From: Nitrospirota bacterium
GTDB lineage: Bacteria; Nitrospirota; UBA9217
DNA: 64,000 nt
NCBI GenBank assembly: GCA_029858565.1
Contig: JAOUEV010000004.1
Coordinates: 67,157 to 131,156, forward strand
Direction of reading: 5' to 3'
The position numbers and the translations under genes are program-made. The notes under the pieces were generated by a model. It had not been told where the DNA came from. It did not search any database and saw nothing but the letters and a program-made list of their open reading frames with translations. The first letter of the stretch is position 1. Each line of letters opens with the position of its first letter. Positions 27,463 to 38,386 of the stretch are shown here, one piece after another.

Positions 27463-28241
27463 TCGACCTGCACTGTCATATCCTTCCGGGCATTGACGAC
27501 GGTCCGGCGACGATGGGCGAATCGCTGGATATGTGCCGGATCGCTTACGAGGATGGCATCCGGACGATCGTCGCGACGCCTCACTTCATGCGGGGGGAGC
27601 AGGAGTATCTTCCGTCGCGGGTCAGGGCGGAGTTCGAGGCCCTGGTGACGGAAGTGTGTAGGCAGGGGATCGGGATCGATCTCCTGCTGGGGGCTGACGT
27701 CGCGGTCACGCCGGAAACGCCGCTCTATCTGCGGCAGGTCCCGCAGCTGACACTGAACGGCACGGGCAGGTATTTCCTTGCCGAACTCCCCCATGAAGCC
27801 GTTCCTCTGAACTGGGACCGGTTCCTGCTTGCCATGGCACAGCAGGGGATGGTTCCGATCCTGACGCACCCTGAGCGGCATCGATGGTTCCTGAAGCGTC
27901 CTGACGCTTTATACGATTTTGTCGGCGGCGGAGGCCTGGTCCAGGTGACAGCGATGAGCCTTACCGGAGAGAACGGGGAAGAGGTGCGCCGATTCTGCTG
28001 CTCCCTGCTGCAACGGGCCCTGGCACATGTGATCGCGACGGATGCCCATGCGCCGGCAGGCCGAGCCCCGCTCCTTGCAAAGGCGGTGGATGCTGCCGCA
28101 CGGGTGATCGGCGCGGAAGAAGCGTATCGCATGGCATCGGAGACGCCCCGAAGGATCCTGCGGGGGGAGATGCTGGACCTGGCGGGGCCGAGGAGAGTGC
28201 AGGAAAGGGTTCCATGGTACAGGAGACTGCTCGGCGCGTGA
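27459..28241 (+). CDS. PHP-family tyrosine-protein phosphatase (CpsB/CapC)
   Basis: MIDLHCHILPGIDDG, ATPH, THPER, ATDAH. Confidence 0.92.
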   Translation: MIDLHCHILPGIDDGPATMGESLDMCRIAYEDGIRTIVATPHFMRGEQEYLPSRVRAEFEALVTEVCRQGIGIDLLLGADVAVTPETPLYLRQVPQLTLNGTGRYFLAELPHEAVPLNWDRFLLAMAQQGMVPILTHPERHRWFLKRPDALYDFVGGGGLVQVTAMSLTGENGEEVRRFCCSLLQRALAHVIATDAHAPAGRAPLLAKAVDAAARVIGAEEAYRMASETPRRILRGEMLDLAGPRRVQERVPWYRRLLGA

Positions 28242-29671
28242 GTGAGAAGGACGGCCGGACCGGGTATGACCGGATCATCGAAGGCGGGGTGCAGGTCCTC
28301 GTCGTGGCAACGCCATTGGCCTTCGGCACGGTCCATGACTGGTCGTCGTCGGTCATGGAGATCATTGTATTCATAGTCTTCGGCGCATGGTCCGTGAAGT
28401 CGGGACTACGGTTCGGTGCGGGAATGTCGTGGCCGCTGCTGGCGCTCCTTACCGCTGGACTGACCCTTCCGCTTCTCCAGATCGTCCCGCTTCCCGCCGG
28501 GATCGTCCGGCTGGTCTCGCCGTCCCTCGTAGACCTGTATACGCAGGTTGGCGCGCCGGGGCAGGAGGGGTGGATGCCGCTTAGCATGAATACCCGCGCC
28601 ACGATCGAGGAATGGTTCCGGATCACGGCGTACGTCCTGATCTTCATCGTTGTCGCCAGTCATTATACGACGACTGGGCAGGTGAAGAAGCTCTGCAGGA
28701 CGATCGTGGCGGTTGGAGCGTTCCTCACGGTCTTCGCGGCACTGCAATTCGCAACCTGGAACGGCAAGCTGTACTGGGTCTTCCCGGTCCGGGAGGAGCT
28801 TGCAGCGGCCGGGCACCGGTTCTGGGGGCCGTACATTAACCGGAACCACTTTGCAGGCTATCTGGCGATGGTCGTGCCGATAGCGTATGCACTGTTTCTC
28901 CATAGGATCGCCGTGAAGCAGCAGGCTTCGTCGCGACAGTCACAGGGCTTTACGCAGCAGCTGCTGATACTTACCTCCAGCGTTTCGCTGACCGTGATGG
29001 GGCTGTCATCGATCGCGATGATCGCGGCCATATTCGGGAGCTTCTCCCGGGGAGGCATCGTCGCTTTTACCGCTGGTACGGCATGCTTTTCCTTGATGGT
29101 CCTGTCGCGCCGATCGACGCGGAGTGTGGCAGGAGCGTTCGCGCCGATTGCTGCGATTCTCCTGGTCAGCATCATGGCCCTCCTGTGGCCCCGCGTGGAG
29201 CACCGATTCGAAGCGATCACGGACGTGGAGAGGATAAAACGTTTCGATATCTGGAAGGACGCCGGCGGCATACTGTATGATTTCCCGATCCTCGGGACCG
29301 GCTTGGGAACGTTCCGGTTCGCCTATCCCCGTTACCAGACGGAGAACACGGCGCTGCAGTTCGATCATGCGGAAAATGACTATCTGGAACTCGCCACGGA
29401 GCTCGGGAGCGCGGGTGTTCTGCTAGCGCTGGGAACAGCAGCCGCGTATCTGGGGGCGGTGTATCCGGCATGGAGACAGCGGAAGAACAGGTTCGTCCTG
29501 CTTCTGACAGCTGGTGGGATCGCTTCCTGCTGTGCTCTGGCTGTCCACGGCGCAGTGGACTTCAATTTCCGGATCCCGGCGAACGCTCTTCTCTTCAGTA
29601 TCATCGCCGGTATCACGATAGCGACCGCCAGGAACGTGCGCAGCGCGAAAAGGCGTGATCATGCGGTCTGA
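28238..29671 (+). CDS. O-antigen ligase / Wzy_C family membrane protein
   Basis: GPYINRNHFAGYL, SFSRGG, R..IW, P.LGTGLGTF, HAENDYLE, H..VDFNF.IPAN. Confidence 0.88.
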   Translation: MSEKDGRTGYDRIIEGGVQVLVVATPLAFGTVHDWSSSVMEIIVFIVFGAWSVKSGLRFGAGMSWPLLALLTAGLTLPLLQIVPLPAGIVRLVSPSLVDLYTQVGAPGQEGWMPLSMNTRATIEEWFRITAYVLIFIVVASHYTTTGQVKKLCRTIVAVGAFLTVFAALQFATWNGKLYWVFPVREELAAAGHRFWGPYINRNHFAGYLAMVVPIAYALFLHRIAVKQQASSRQSQGFTQQLLILTSSVSLTVMGLSSIAMIAAIFGSFSRGGIVAFTAGTACFSLMVLSRRSTRSVAGAFAPIAAILLVSIMALLWPRVEHRFEAITDVERIKRFDIWKDAGGILYDFPILGTGLGTFRFAYPRYQTENTALQFDHAENDYLELATELGSAGVLLALGTAAAYLGAVYPAWRQRKNRFVLLLTAGGIASCCALAVHGAVDFNFRIPANALLFSIIAGITIATARNVRSAKRRDHAV

Positions 29672-30506
29672 CAAGAACAGCGCAGCAGGGAAAGGCCACC
29701 GACTGCTCTTCCTTGCCGGTGTCCTGTGCATTATCGCCTCTCTCTGCGTTTTCCCTGTCCGTGTGCTGGTGGGCGCTCTCTTTTTTGCGAATGCCCAGGC
29801 CCTGATGCAGACCGGCGCCGGAACGCTCGCGGATAGTCCGACCAGTGAAGGTCCTTTCGCGGGAGATCCCGTGGAGATCCAACGGCAGTTGGAGAGCGCT
29901 TTAGCGGCGGACCCCGGGCAGGCGCGGTATTCCAAGGCGCTGGCGGACCTACACTTCAAGCTCGGTAAATGGTCGGAGGTCATGGCCGTGGTCTCCGGCT
30001 CCGAGGTCATACACGGTTTCGACGCGACGAAGCACTACGCAAAAGTACAGGAACATCTGCGCCATGCCATTGAGCTGGAACCGTTCAATGCGGGGCATTA
30101 TCTGGCGTTCGGCATGCTGCAGCTTCAGAACGGAGAAACGGCGGCAGCACAGCACTTCGCAACAGCAAATGCCCTGCGGCCGGTGGACGTTGTGCAGCGG
30201 TACATTATTGCAAGAGGATACCTTCTCGCCCACTTGAATGATCACGCTCTTGCTGAAGCGCGTGCCATGGCATCGAATGATGACAGCTATCGCCTTCCGG
30301 AAGGGGCCGTACGCAGGGACTTTGCAAAGACAGCGGCCGATGAAACTGAGTCGTCCGTGAAGAACAGTTATCTCTATAGGGCGCTCGAGATCGCCTGGCG
30401 CGCGTCAGACAGGGACCGGATGGTAGTGCGAAGCATCGTCCCGCTGAACGATGAGGCGCTGGAGGTTGCCGACCGCTTCTTCGAGGATAAGGGGCTGGAT
30501 GAGTAG
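29655..30506 (+). CDS. Hypothetical TPR-like protein with N-terminal TM segment
   Basis: Helical AL..DP / AI.LEP repeats. Overlaps the ligase gene. Confidence 0.6.
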   Translation: MIMRSDKNSAAGKGHRLLFLAGVLCIIASLCVFPVRVLVGALFFANAQALMQTGAGTLADSPTSEGPFAGDPVEIQRQLESALAADPGQARYSKALADLHFKLGKWSEVMAVVSGSEVIHGFDATKHYAKVQEHLRHAIELEPFNAGHYLAFGMLQLQNGETAAAQHFATANALRPVDVVQRYIIARGYLLAHLNDHALAEARAMASNDDSYRLPEGAVRRDFAKTAADETESSVKNSYLYRALEIAWRASDRDRMVVRSIVPLNDEALEVADRFFEDKGLDE

Positions 30507-31194
30507 GCAACGGATTGGGAGAGAAGTCTTGAACGAAACGCCAGGGAAAGGCACCAATACGGTCTGGCATCATGCCACGGTCCAGCGCAAGAACCGCGAA
30601 CAGCTGAACGGCCACCGCAGCGTGGCATTGTGGTTCACCGGCCTGTCCGGCGCCGGCAAGTCCACGCTGGCCCACGCCGTGGAAGAGCGGCTGCATGCGC
30701 TCTGGTGCCGGACCTACGTCTTTGACGGCGATAACGTCCGGCAGGGCCTGTGTTCGGATTTGGGCTTCACGAAGGACGACCGCAGCGAGAACATCCGAAG
30801 AATCGGGGAAATGGCCAGACTGTTCGTGGATGCAGGCATCATCGTCATGGCCGCGTTCATTTCCCCTTTCCGCGCGGACCGGGTGCGTGTCCGGGGCAGC
30901 ATCGGGAATGACGACTTCATCGAGATCTACTGCAAGTGTCCGGTCGAAATATGCGAGCAGCGCGACATCAAGGGACACTACCGGCGCGCCCGGAGCGGCG
31001 AGATCAAGGAGTTCACGGGCATCTCGTCGCCCTACGAAGAGCCGGTGGCGCCGGAACTGGTGCTGGAGACGGGAACGCGGTCCCTGGAGGAATGCGTGGA
31101 TGCTGTCATGGCCTATCTGGTCAGCCGGGGAATCGTCACCAGGGCATTCCCGGAGGACGTCCGGCGCAACGGGGAACAGGAGGATGCGGGATGA
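30499..31194 (+). CDS. cysC: Adenylyl-sulfate (APS) kinase
   Basis: [49 protein letters not shown]. Confidence 0.95.
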   Translation: MSRQRIGREVLNETPGKGTNTVWHHATVQRKNREQLNGHRSVALWFTGLSGAGKSTLAHAVEERLHALWCRTYVFDGDNVRQGLCSDLGFTKDDRSENIRRIGEMARLFVDAGIIVMAAFISPFRADRVRVRGSIGNDDFIEIYCKCPVEICEQRDIKGHYRRARSGEIKEFTGISSPYEEPVAPELVLETGTRSLEECVDAVMAYLVSRGIVTRAFPEDVRRNGEQEDAG

Positions 31195-32405
31195 GCAAGG
31201 GGAAGGTGGTGATCCTGGGAGGGGACGGGTTTTGCGGCTGGCCGACATCGCTCTACCTGTCCCACCATGGGTACGACGTGACGATCGTCGACAATCTCAG
31301 CAGGCGGAACATCGACAACGAGCTCGAGGCGTATTCGCTCACGCCGATCCAGCCCATGGGGACGCGGCTCGCGGTCTGGACGGAGCGGACGGGCAGAACG
31401 ATCTCCTTTGTGAACATCAACGTGGCGGAGAACTACCATCGCCTCCTGACGCTGCTCATGGAATTGCAGCCCGTAGCCGTGGTGCATTTTGCGGAGCAGC
31501 GCGCAGCGCCCTACTCCATGAAGAGCGCCTACCACAAACGGTATACGGTCAATAATAATATCAACGCCACCCATAATCTGCTCTGCGCCATAGTGGAGTC
31601 CGGCCTCGATACCCATGTGGTGCACCTAGGGACTATGGGGGTCTATGGGTATGGCACAGCGGGAATGGAGATCCCCGAGGGATACCTGAAGGTTCTTGTC
31701 CGGGCCGAGGGGCTCGAGAAGGAACTGGAGATCCTTTATCCAGCAAACCCCGGCAGCATCTATCACATGACCAAGACGCAAGACGCGCTGCTGTTCTATT
31801 ACTACAACAAGAACGACGGCTTGCGGATCACGGACCTGCACCAAGGGATCGTCTGGGGGACCAACACGGACGAGACGCTTCTAGACGAGCGGCTGATCAA
31901 CCGCTTCGATTACGACGGTGATTACGGGACCGTCCTGAACAGGTTCCTGATGCAGGCGGCGATCGGCCACCCCCTGACCGTACACGGAATGGGGGGGCAG
32001 ACCAGGGCCTTCATCCATATCCGGGACACGGTGAAGTGTATCAAACTTGCCATCGAGAACCCTCCGGCGAAGTTCGAGCGGGTGCAGATATTCAACCAGG
32101 CAACGGAGACCCACACGGTGCAGGTCCTGGCGGAAAAGATCGCGGCCAAGACGGGGGCGAGGATCGTGCAGCTCGCCAATCCTCGTATCGAGGCTCCGGA
32201 GAACGACCTGCGGGTGTCCAACAAGAAGTTCCTGAATCTGGGGTTGAACCCGGTAACGCTCAATGACGGCCTGCTCGACGAGGTCATGCAGATTGCGTTC
32301 AAGTACAAGGACCGCTGCGACCGGTCGAAGATCCTGTGTACGTCGAAGTGGCGGGCGGATATCGATCTGGAGAACATCGTCAGTATCGACCAGAACGATA
32401 GGTGA
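31191..32405 (+). CDS. sqdB: UDP-sulfoquinovose synthase (SqdB/SQD1, extended SDR)
   Basis: [70 protein letters not shown]. Confidence 0.92.
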   Translation: MSKGKVVILGGDGFCGWPTSLYLSHHGYDVTIVDNLSRRNIDNELEAYSLTPIQPMGTRLAVWTERTGRTISFVNINVAENYHRLLTLLMELQPVAVVHFAEQRAAPYSMKSAYHKRYTVNNNINATHNLLCAIVESGLDTHVVHLGTMGVYGYGTAGMEIPEGYLKVLVRAEGLEKELEILYPANPGSIYHMTKTQDALLFYYYNKNDGLRITDLHQGIVWGTNTDETLLDERLINRFDYDGDYGTVLNRFLMQAAIGHPLTVHGMGGQTRAFIHIRDTVKCIKLAIENPPAKFERVQIFNQATETHTVQVLAEKIAAKTGARIVQLANPRIEAPENDLRVSNKKFLNLGLNPVTLNDGLLDEVMQIAFKYKDRCDRSKILCTSKWRADIDLENIVSIDQNDR

Positions 32406-32496
32406 GCGAAGGTCTGGTCGCGCCGACATCGCGAGAGAATATTCCCTTGAGGCTGATGGCCCAACGTGGTCCGGCTTCGTATGCTGAGGTTGAAGA

Positions 32497-32970
32497 ATGA
32501 TGCAAGTGGTCAGGTTGTTGTTCCGATTGAGATTGCGTATTCATAGGATATTCTGGAGGATGCGTCTCGCAAGCCTTGGAAAAGGATCCACGATCTATCC
32601 GTATGTGGTTATCCACGGGGCGCAACATGTCGAGATCGGCAGCCGTGTCTCAATCGCGGAATTCGTGCATGTCTGGGGAGGTGGAAAAGTAATCATTGGC
32701 GATAATTCGATCATTGCTTCTCATGCTGCGATTACTTCAGTTACCCATGACATCAAGGCCTCCGTCTTGTATCGTGATACGGTCAAGAAGATGCCGGTGA
32801 AGATAGGGAAAAATGTATGGATAGGATCAGGGGCGGTCATCATGCCGGGAGTGAACATCGGCGACAATTCGGTCGTGGGCGCTGGAGCTGTTGTGGACAG
32901 AGATGTTGAGCCAAGCACGGTTGTTGTCGGCATCCCGGCTAGATTGTTGAGGAAGATTGCTGATGCATAG
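32497..32970 (+). CDS. Hexapeptide-repeat O-acyltransferase
   Basis: Left-handed beta-helix repeats: PVKIGKNVWIGSGAVIMPGV.IG...VVGAGAVV..DV.....VGIPAR. Confidence 0.9.
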   Translation: MMQVVRLLFRLRLRIHRIFWRMRLASLGKGSTIYPYVVIHGAQHVEIGSRVSIAEFVHVWGGGKVIIGDNSIIASHAAITSVTHDIKASVLYRDTVKKMPVKIGKNVWIGSGAVIMPGVNIGDNSVVGAGAVVDRDVEPSTVVVGIPARLLRKIADA

Positions 32971-33895
32971 GGCAGTTGGTATGGTGGCTTGTCCTTCGTG
33001 CGGACAGAGGACTGCAGAAAGAATAGGGGCTATTTATAGTACTGCTGGTCAGAAAGACGCTGGTGGTAAATCGATCGACGACGAAGCCGCATTATGGCGT
33101 TGTCGGGAATGTTTTTTATTGTTTCGGCATCCGGCTCTGCCACAGGAAGAGTTGAACAGCTTCTATGTAACGGGGTCTCGGCCGGGATGGAGCTATCAGC
33201 CAGCTTTGCGCACAGATTGGCAGACCGCAAAACATCTTATCCATTCTGTTCTGGGTCGGGGAACGGTCGTGGACATCGGTTGTTTTGACGGAACCTTTTT
33301 AGCACAACTCGGGTCATCGTATGAGAAATACGGCGTCGAACCGAATGAAAAAGCGCGATCGGCAGCCCGGGAGAAGGGGATCCATATCCTTGCCCGTGAT
33401 GTTGAAGAGTTCTGCTCGTTGGGGAGACAATACGATATTATTGTGGCTTTCGATGTTGTCGAACACTTTGCCGATCCCCTTGGCCTGCTTGTGAAGCTCG
33501 AACGATCCCTTGCCCCTCGGGGCTTGATCATCCTGTCTTCTGGAAATGCAGACGCTCTGCCCTGGAGATTGATGAAAGGTCGTTATTGGTATTGCTCGTT
33601 GCCGGACCACGTCTCGTTTATCAGTCCTCCGTGGGTTCGGCAGGCAGCTCGCAAATCAAATCTAACGGTCATTAGCATGACACGGATCAGCCATGCAATC
33701 ACGCGTTTTAGGTATCTGCAGGTTGTTGCGGGATTCATGATGAGCGCGATCTACCTGATATCTCCCCATCTGATACGCATGCTGAGAAAGATCAAAAAGG
33801 CCGTCACCGCTGGCCGCATTGCGATGGATGAGTTCGCTCCGCCGGTCTGGAGAGGAGTAAAGGATCATCTGCTAGTTGTTTGCGAGAAAAAGTGA
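32963..33895 (+). CDS. Class I SAM-dependent methyltransferase with N-terminal Zn ribbon
   Basis: CPSC...CREC, VVDIGCFDG, YGVEP, FDVVEH..DP, PDHVSF. Confidence 0.85.
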   Translation: MHRAVGMVACPSCGQRTAERIGAIYSTAGQKDAGGKSIDDEAALWRCRECFLLFRHPALPQEELNSFYVTGSRPGWSYQPALRTDWQTAKHLIHSVLGRGTVVDIGCFDGTFLAQLGSSYEKYGVEPNEKARSAAREKGIHILARDVEEFCSLGRQYDIIVAFDVVEHFADPLGLLVKLERSLAPRGLIILSSGNADALPWRLMKGRYWYCSLPDHVSFISPPWVRQAARKSNLTVISMTRISHAITRFRYLQVVAGFMMSAIYLISPHLIRMLRKIKKAVTAGRIAMDEFAPPVWRGVKDHLLVVCEKK

Positions 33896-34062
33896 GGAGG
33901 GTGTGACGGCTCGAAGTTGACTCGTGCTGTGGTGGCGGCTATGCTGCGCGTGAAGGGCTAATCGATTATCGCGGTTTTCGATGCGGATCTCCGGTCCTGA
34001 AGGACGCCATCGTATAATCTAGCGTATAATTCGGCATGTTTCTAGAAAGGTGAGAGTTTGTT

Positions 34063-35592
34063 GTGGAAGACAAGCAGGCTGTGACCCAAAATGCTTTCTA
34101 TGCAGTGCTGCAGGTCGTGCTGTCGGGCGTCATGCTCTTCCTTTTTTATCGATATCTGTATTCGGTAATCGGTATTGAACAGGTCGGGATCTGGTCGCTG
34201 ATCCTGGCGATGACGTCACTTTCGAGTATCGCCAACCTGGGTTTTGGTGGAAGTCTTGTGAAGTATGTTGCTCAGTATCACGCCAGGGGAGATCAGGATG
34301 CGATCAATGATGTTGTGGCGACAGCCGTTATCACCGTAGGCATCGCGGTGGCAACGGTTTTAATCCTGGCATACCCGTTCGCTGAAGCTCTGGTCGGAAT
34401 GGTTGTTCAACGACAGTATGCGGAAAGAGCGGCTTCGCTGCTGCCCTACGCTATCGTATCTTTGTGGATCGGATCTCTCGGAAACATGTATGCTGCGGTA
34501 CTGGAGGGCTATCATCTGGCTTATCTGAAGAGTGTGATATTTTTGGCGGGGCAGGCACTGAACCTTCTTTTGAGCATGCTGATGGTGTCACACCATGGTC
34601 TCTTCGGGCTTGCGTATGCACAGATCATACAAGCAGCATTCGTGGTTGCTGCAACCATGATCGTTCTCAAAACAAAGGTGCCGAGCATGAGGGTCGTTCC
34701 TGGTATGTGGAAAAAAGAACGCTATCGGGAGATGAAGAATTATGGTTTTAACGTGCAGGTGAATTCTGTTGCGATCATGCTGTATGATCCGATCACGAAG
34801 GCGCTCCTGTCGAAATATGGTGATATTTCGATCGTTGGCTTCTTTGAGATGGCGAATAGGACAGTTCTCCTGTTCCGAGCCGTGCTGGTCAACGCCAACC
34901 GGGTCTTGGTGCCGACGATCTCACGCGCGATGGAAAGCGTCAACGTCCCCCTGAATAAAATTTATAGTCTGTCCTATGAATTGATCTTGTATCTATCGGT
35001 GCCGATATTTGCCGGCCTTATTGCTTTCGCGCCCTCTGTCGCCCATCTGTGGACCGGAGCATATAATGACCGGCTTTCAAGCATGATCATGATCCTCTCT
35101 CTGGGATGGTTCGTGAATATTCTTGCCGGTCCCGCATATTTTATGAATATGGGAACGGGAGATCTGTCGATGAACACGATTAGCCATGTGGTCATTGGAC
35201 TCGGGAATCTCCTGTTGGGACTTGCGGCCGGAGTGCTCCTCGGCGGACAATACATAGTGTGGACGTGGACATTGTCGCTCGGCGCAGGAAGCCTGATGAT
35301 CCCGATCAGCTATCAGCGAAAGAACAGCCTCCCTCTATCGTCACTGCTGCCAGCTACGAGCAGGATGCTCGCACTTTCCTGTACAGTCGGTGCCGTATTG
35401 TCGTTGCTGGTATATCATGGATATCATGAAAGCCTGCCGTTCTTCCAGTTGCTGGCAGGAACGGTTCTTGTGTATTGCGCGATCATCTTTCCTTCTCTTT
35501 GGAAGCATCCTGCGCGCAGCAGGCTTTTTGAGATGACGGGTCACTTGCGTGGCTTGAGTGCAGGCAAAGATCAAAATCATGAAGATGCGTAA
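34063..35592 (+). CDS. wzx: Wzx-type oligosaccharide flippase
   Basis: About 12-14 TM segments, G.EQ.G.W.L, A.LGFG..L.KYVA. EPS cluster context. Confidence 0.82.
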   Translation: MEDKQAVTQNAFYAVLQVVLSGVMLFLFYRYLYSVIGIEQVGIWSLILAMTSLSSIANLGFGGSLVKYVAQYHARGDQDAINDVVATAVITVGIAVATVLILAYPFAEALVGMVVQRQYAERAASLLPYAIVSLWIGSLGNMYAAVLEGYHLAYLKSVIFLAGQALNLLLSMLMVSHHGLFGLAYAQIIQAAFVVAATMIVLKTKVPSMRVVPGMWKKERYREMKNYGFNVQVNSVAIMLYDPITKALLSKYGDISIVGFFEMANRTVLLFRAVLVNANRVLVPTISRAMESVNVPLNKIYSLSYELILYLSVPIFAGLIAFAPSVAHLWTGAYNDRLSSMIMILSLGWFVNILAGPAYFMNMGTGDLSMNTISHVVIGLGNLLLGLAAGVLLGGQYIVWTWTLSLGAGSLMIPISYQRKNSLPLSSLLPATSRMLALSCTVGAVLSLLVYHGYHESLPFFQLLAGTVLVYCAIIFPSLWKHPARSRLFEMTGHLRGLSAGKDQNHEDA

Positions 35593-36280
35593 GCTGCTTA
35601 AAAACATCACGCATTCCTTTGGCATCGATGTGCGCAGGCATGCCGGGAACAAATATGTCTGGCTTCAATCGCAGAACATCAGGACCGTGCTCGATATCGG
35701 TGCAAACGAGGGACAGTTTGCCCTCGAGCTTCGTCAGTATTTGCCTGATGCGGCCATCCATTCATTTGAGCCGGTTCGAGATGCATTCTGTCTCTTGGAA
35801 AAGAATCTGAAAGGTAAGCGAGGTCATTTTCTCTACAATTACGCACTGGGAGAGGCGGCTGAGGCCATCCCCATCCGGAGGAACACATTTTCGCCTGCCA
35901 GCTCGTTCTTGAGGTCAAGCGAGCTGTCGAAAGCTGCTTACCCTTTCCTCGAAGAGATCGCAAAGGAAGTCGTAGATGTCAGAAAACTTGATGATGTCTA
36001 TCCGTTGCTTTATCAAGATCGCGAGCTTATGATAAAAATGGATGTCCAAGGGTACGAGGATAGGGTCGTTCGAGGAGGCCATAGCGTTTTTCAACAGGCG
36101 AAGATCGTCATTTCTGAGGTCTGCTATCAACCACTCTATGAGGGGCAGCCCCTGTTCGCTGATCTGTATGAGCTGTTCCTGGGGATGGGGTACCACTACT
36201 GCGGAAATATCGAGATGACCCAACATAGAAGAACGGGAATGCCTCTCTTTGCCGATGCGGTTTTTATGAGGGGAGATTAG
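35579..36280 (+). CDS. FkbM-family methyltransferase
   Basis: VLDIGANEGQF, HSFEP, KMDVQGYE, Y.GQPLF. Confidence 0.9.
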   Translation: MKMRKLLKNITHSFGIDVRRHAGNKYVWLQSQNIRTVLDIGANEGQFALELRQYLPDAAIHSFEPVRDAFCLLEKNLKGKRGHFLYNYALGEAAEAIPIRRNTFSPASSFLRSSELSKAAYPFLEEIAKEVVDVRKLDDVYPLLYQDRELMIKMDVQGYEDRVVRGGHSVFQQAKIVISEVCYQPLYEGQPLFADLYELFLGMGYHYCGNIEMTQHRRTGMPLFADAVFMRGD

Positions 36281-36281
36281 T

Positions 36282-37586
36282 ATGCGGGCATCGCTGTATC
36301 CCCCCCTCCTGCTGATATCGTTGAGTTATCTTGTCCCTCGCCTGTCTCACGTAGGCGGCGCTATCCCTATGATTATCCAGGCTGGTATCGTGTTGGTAGT
36401 GTTCTATTATTCGCTCGTGACGCTATTTCTTCGGTCTTCCCGCTACGCACCGCGGACCGGCAAAGGGCTGTATCGTAGCCAAGTCAAGTATATCGTATTG
36501 TTTACCGTTTTTGTAGTCCTGAGCATTATCGCCATGCTGAAGGGTCTTGAACGCGAATACGGTCTGCGGTATGTCATTGGAGACACGTACAAGTTCCTGA
36601 TACCGCCAGTTTGCATTTATTATTTTTACCTTGTAATACGAAAAAGCGCGGAATACGAGGATATCTTGTATGCTTATTATTGGCTCGCAGTGGTCATGCA
36701 GGTGCTCATGCTTGTGCCGTATATGGCAGGAATTCTGAAAACAAATGACAGGATATTTTCTGTCAATAATTTGCCCCTTGTGCTGATGCTGGGTTACTTT
36801 TTCAGGGAACGGAGCAGGCGTGTTCGTCCTGCACAATGGCTGATGCTGTTCACCATTCCTGTATATATCTATTTCACCCAGTCGCTTTCACTGTTTGTAT
36901 CTCTCAGCGTGGTGCCTCTCTTGACGATTGTGCTCTACCGATATAGTGGGAGGCGGCTGGCCCTCTTTCTTGTGGGCATTCTAATTTTTTCATGCACGAT
37001 GATATATGTTATGCTCTATCGGGGCGATTTCATCGGAGAGATTCTCCCGAGAAAGTATGCGGATTATTACCTCTCAGGAAAGTTCGTGGGATTGCAGAAC
37101 GCGGCGTCAACAGAGGCGAAACTGGAGATGATCGCCGGAAGCAGGTTTGCTGAACCGAAAGGGATTGTCGGGGAAATATCGGATGGTAAGCTGATGACCA
37201 TGCTTGTCGGTGCGGGGATGGGAAGTACGTTTACCTCGACATCGGTGACCGGGCTGAAGAGGACATGGACAGGCGAGGATCACTTCGTGCATGCTGGGGT
37301 GACGGAATCTCTGCTGCGGACGGGAGTGCTGGGAGCGGTTCTTTACGTGCTCATTTCCCTCCTCTTTGTAGGGGTAGGACTGCAGATGCGTAGATATAAT
37401 ATCATCGCGGCGTTGAGCGCTTCAAAAGTGTTGACGGATTTCCTGTTCATGATCGTGACGACATGGCTGGGGAATGAATTTATGGTATTCTTCCTTGTAG
37501 CTTACTTGCTCAGTTTGAGCAGGGAACAGTGGGAGGTCCGGCGCGCTGAAGATGTTTTGCAGCCGACGGTTGGTATGGCCATATGA
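36282..37586 (+). CDS. Putative Wzy polysaccharide polymerase
   Basis: Divergent polytopic membrane protein with late periplasmic loop G.GMG...H....E.LLRTG.LG. Cluster context. Confidence 0.6.
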   Translation: MRASLYPPLLLISLSYLVPRLSHVGGAIPMIIQAGIVLVVFYYSLVTLFLRSSRYAPRTGKGLYRSQVKYIVLFTVFVVLSIIAMLKGLEREYGLRYVIGDTYKFLIPPVCIYYFYLVIRKSAEYEDILYAYYWLAVVMQVLMLVPYMAGILKTNDRIFSVNNLPLVLMLGYFFRERSRRVRPAQWLMLFTIPVYIYFTQSLSLFVSLSVVPLLTIVLYRYSGRRLALFLVGILIFSCTMIYVMLYRGDFIGEILPRKYADYYLSGKFVGLQNAASTEAKLEMIAGSRFAEPKGIVGEISDGKLMTMLVGAGMGSTFTSTSVTGLKRTWTGEDHFVHAGVTESLLRTGVLGAVLYVLISLLFVGVGLQMRRYNIIAALSASKVLTDFLFMIVTTWLGNEFMVFFLVAYLLSLSREQWEVRRAEDVLQPTVGMAI

Positions 37587-38386
37587 TGCCGGCGAGGCTT
37601 AAAGTGAGTGTCATTACGGTCTGCCTCAATGCCGTACGAGAGCTCCCGGAGACCTTGCGAAGCGTCAGGGAACAGACATATCCCCTCATGGAATCGATCG
37701 TCATTGACGGAGGGTCAGAGGACGGAACGCTCGAGTATCTTCAGTCGCTAAATCCGCAGCCGGACGTCCTGATATCAGAGCCTGATCACGGGATCTACGA
37801 TGCCATGAATAAGGGCATCGTTGCTGCGACAGGCGACTACATCATATTCATGAATGCCGGTGACTCCTTCCGGCATCCTTCGGTGCTGAAGGACGTGTTT
37901 GGCGACGAGTTTGTGGTCTCTCAGAGGCCGAAAATCATTTCCGGACGGGTGCAGTTCTCTTTGAAGGGGGAGCTGCTGGACTTGCATCGCCCTCGAACAG
38001 TAGGGCAGGAAGGACCGGGATTGCCCCATCAGGCAACGTTCATGGCTGCTGATCTGCTGAAGAACAACCGATTTGACACGCATTACCGATTCGCAGGGGA
38101 TTACGAGCTCTGGCGCAGGTTAAAGAAGCAAGGGCTGTTCTTGGTCCATTATATTGACCGGACCGTTTCCGTTTTTTCACTTGGAGGAGTTTCGACATCT
38201 GCGAAGAACGATCCTATGCGCTATCTGGAGCGGGCTTTCGTGGATTCCCGGTATGCCGGCAGGTTCTCGCTATGGCAGATGATCGTGTTGGCCGGCAAGA
38301 CGGTGATACGGCGCATGCTGTACACGATGATGCCTCATAGGTTATATCATATCCTCCTTCGAAAGAGCTGGATATTCCGGTCATGA
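37583..38386 (+). CDS. Glycosyltransferase family 2 (WcaE-like)
   Basis: VSVITV..N, IDGGSEDGT, SEPD.GIYDAMNKGI, FMNAGD, PHQATF. Confidence 0.92.
   Translation: MMPARLKVSVITVCLNAVRELPETLRSVREQTYPLMESIVIDGGSEDGTLEYLQSLNPQPDVLISEPDHGIYDAMNKGIVAATGDYIIFMNAGDSFRHPSVLKDVFGDEFVVSQRPKIISGRVQFSLKGELLDLHRPRTVGQEGPGLPHQATFMAADLLKNNRFDTHYRFAGDYELWRRLKKQGLFLVHYIDRTVSVFSLGGVSTSAKNDPMRYLERAFVDSRYAGRFSLWQMIVLAGKTVIRRMLYTMMPHRLYHILLRKSWIFRS

Noticed and set aside
30936-31190. 85-aa N-terminal extension of the sqdB ORF in the ORF track
   Set aside because: It overlaps cysC in another frame. Homology starts at [13 protein letters not shown] (31191), which has an AGGAGG RBS.
32415-32430. Possible attR copy of the tRNA-Pro 3' end (GGTCGCGCCGACA)
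   Set aside because: Several mismatches over a short length, located mid-cluster, and no integrase present.
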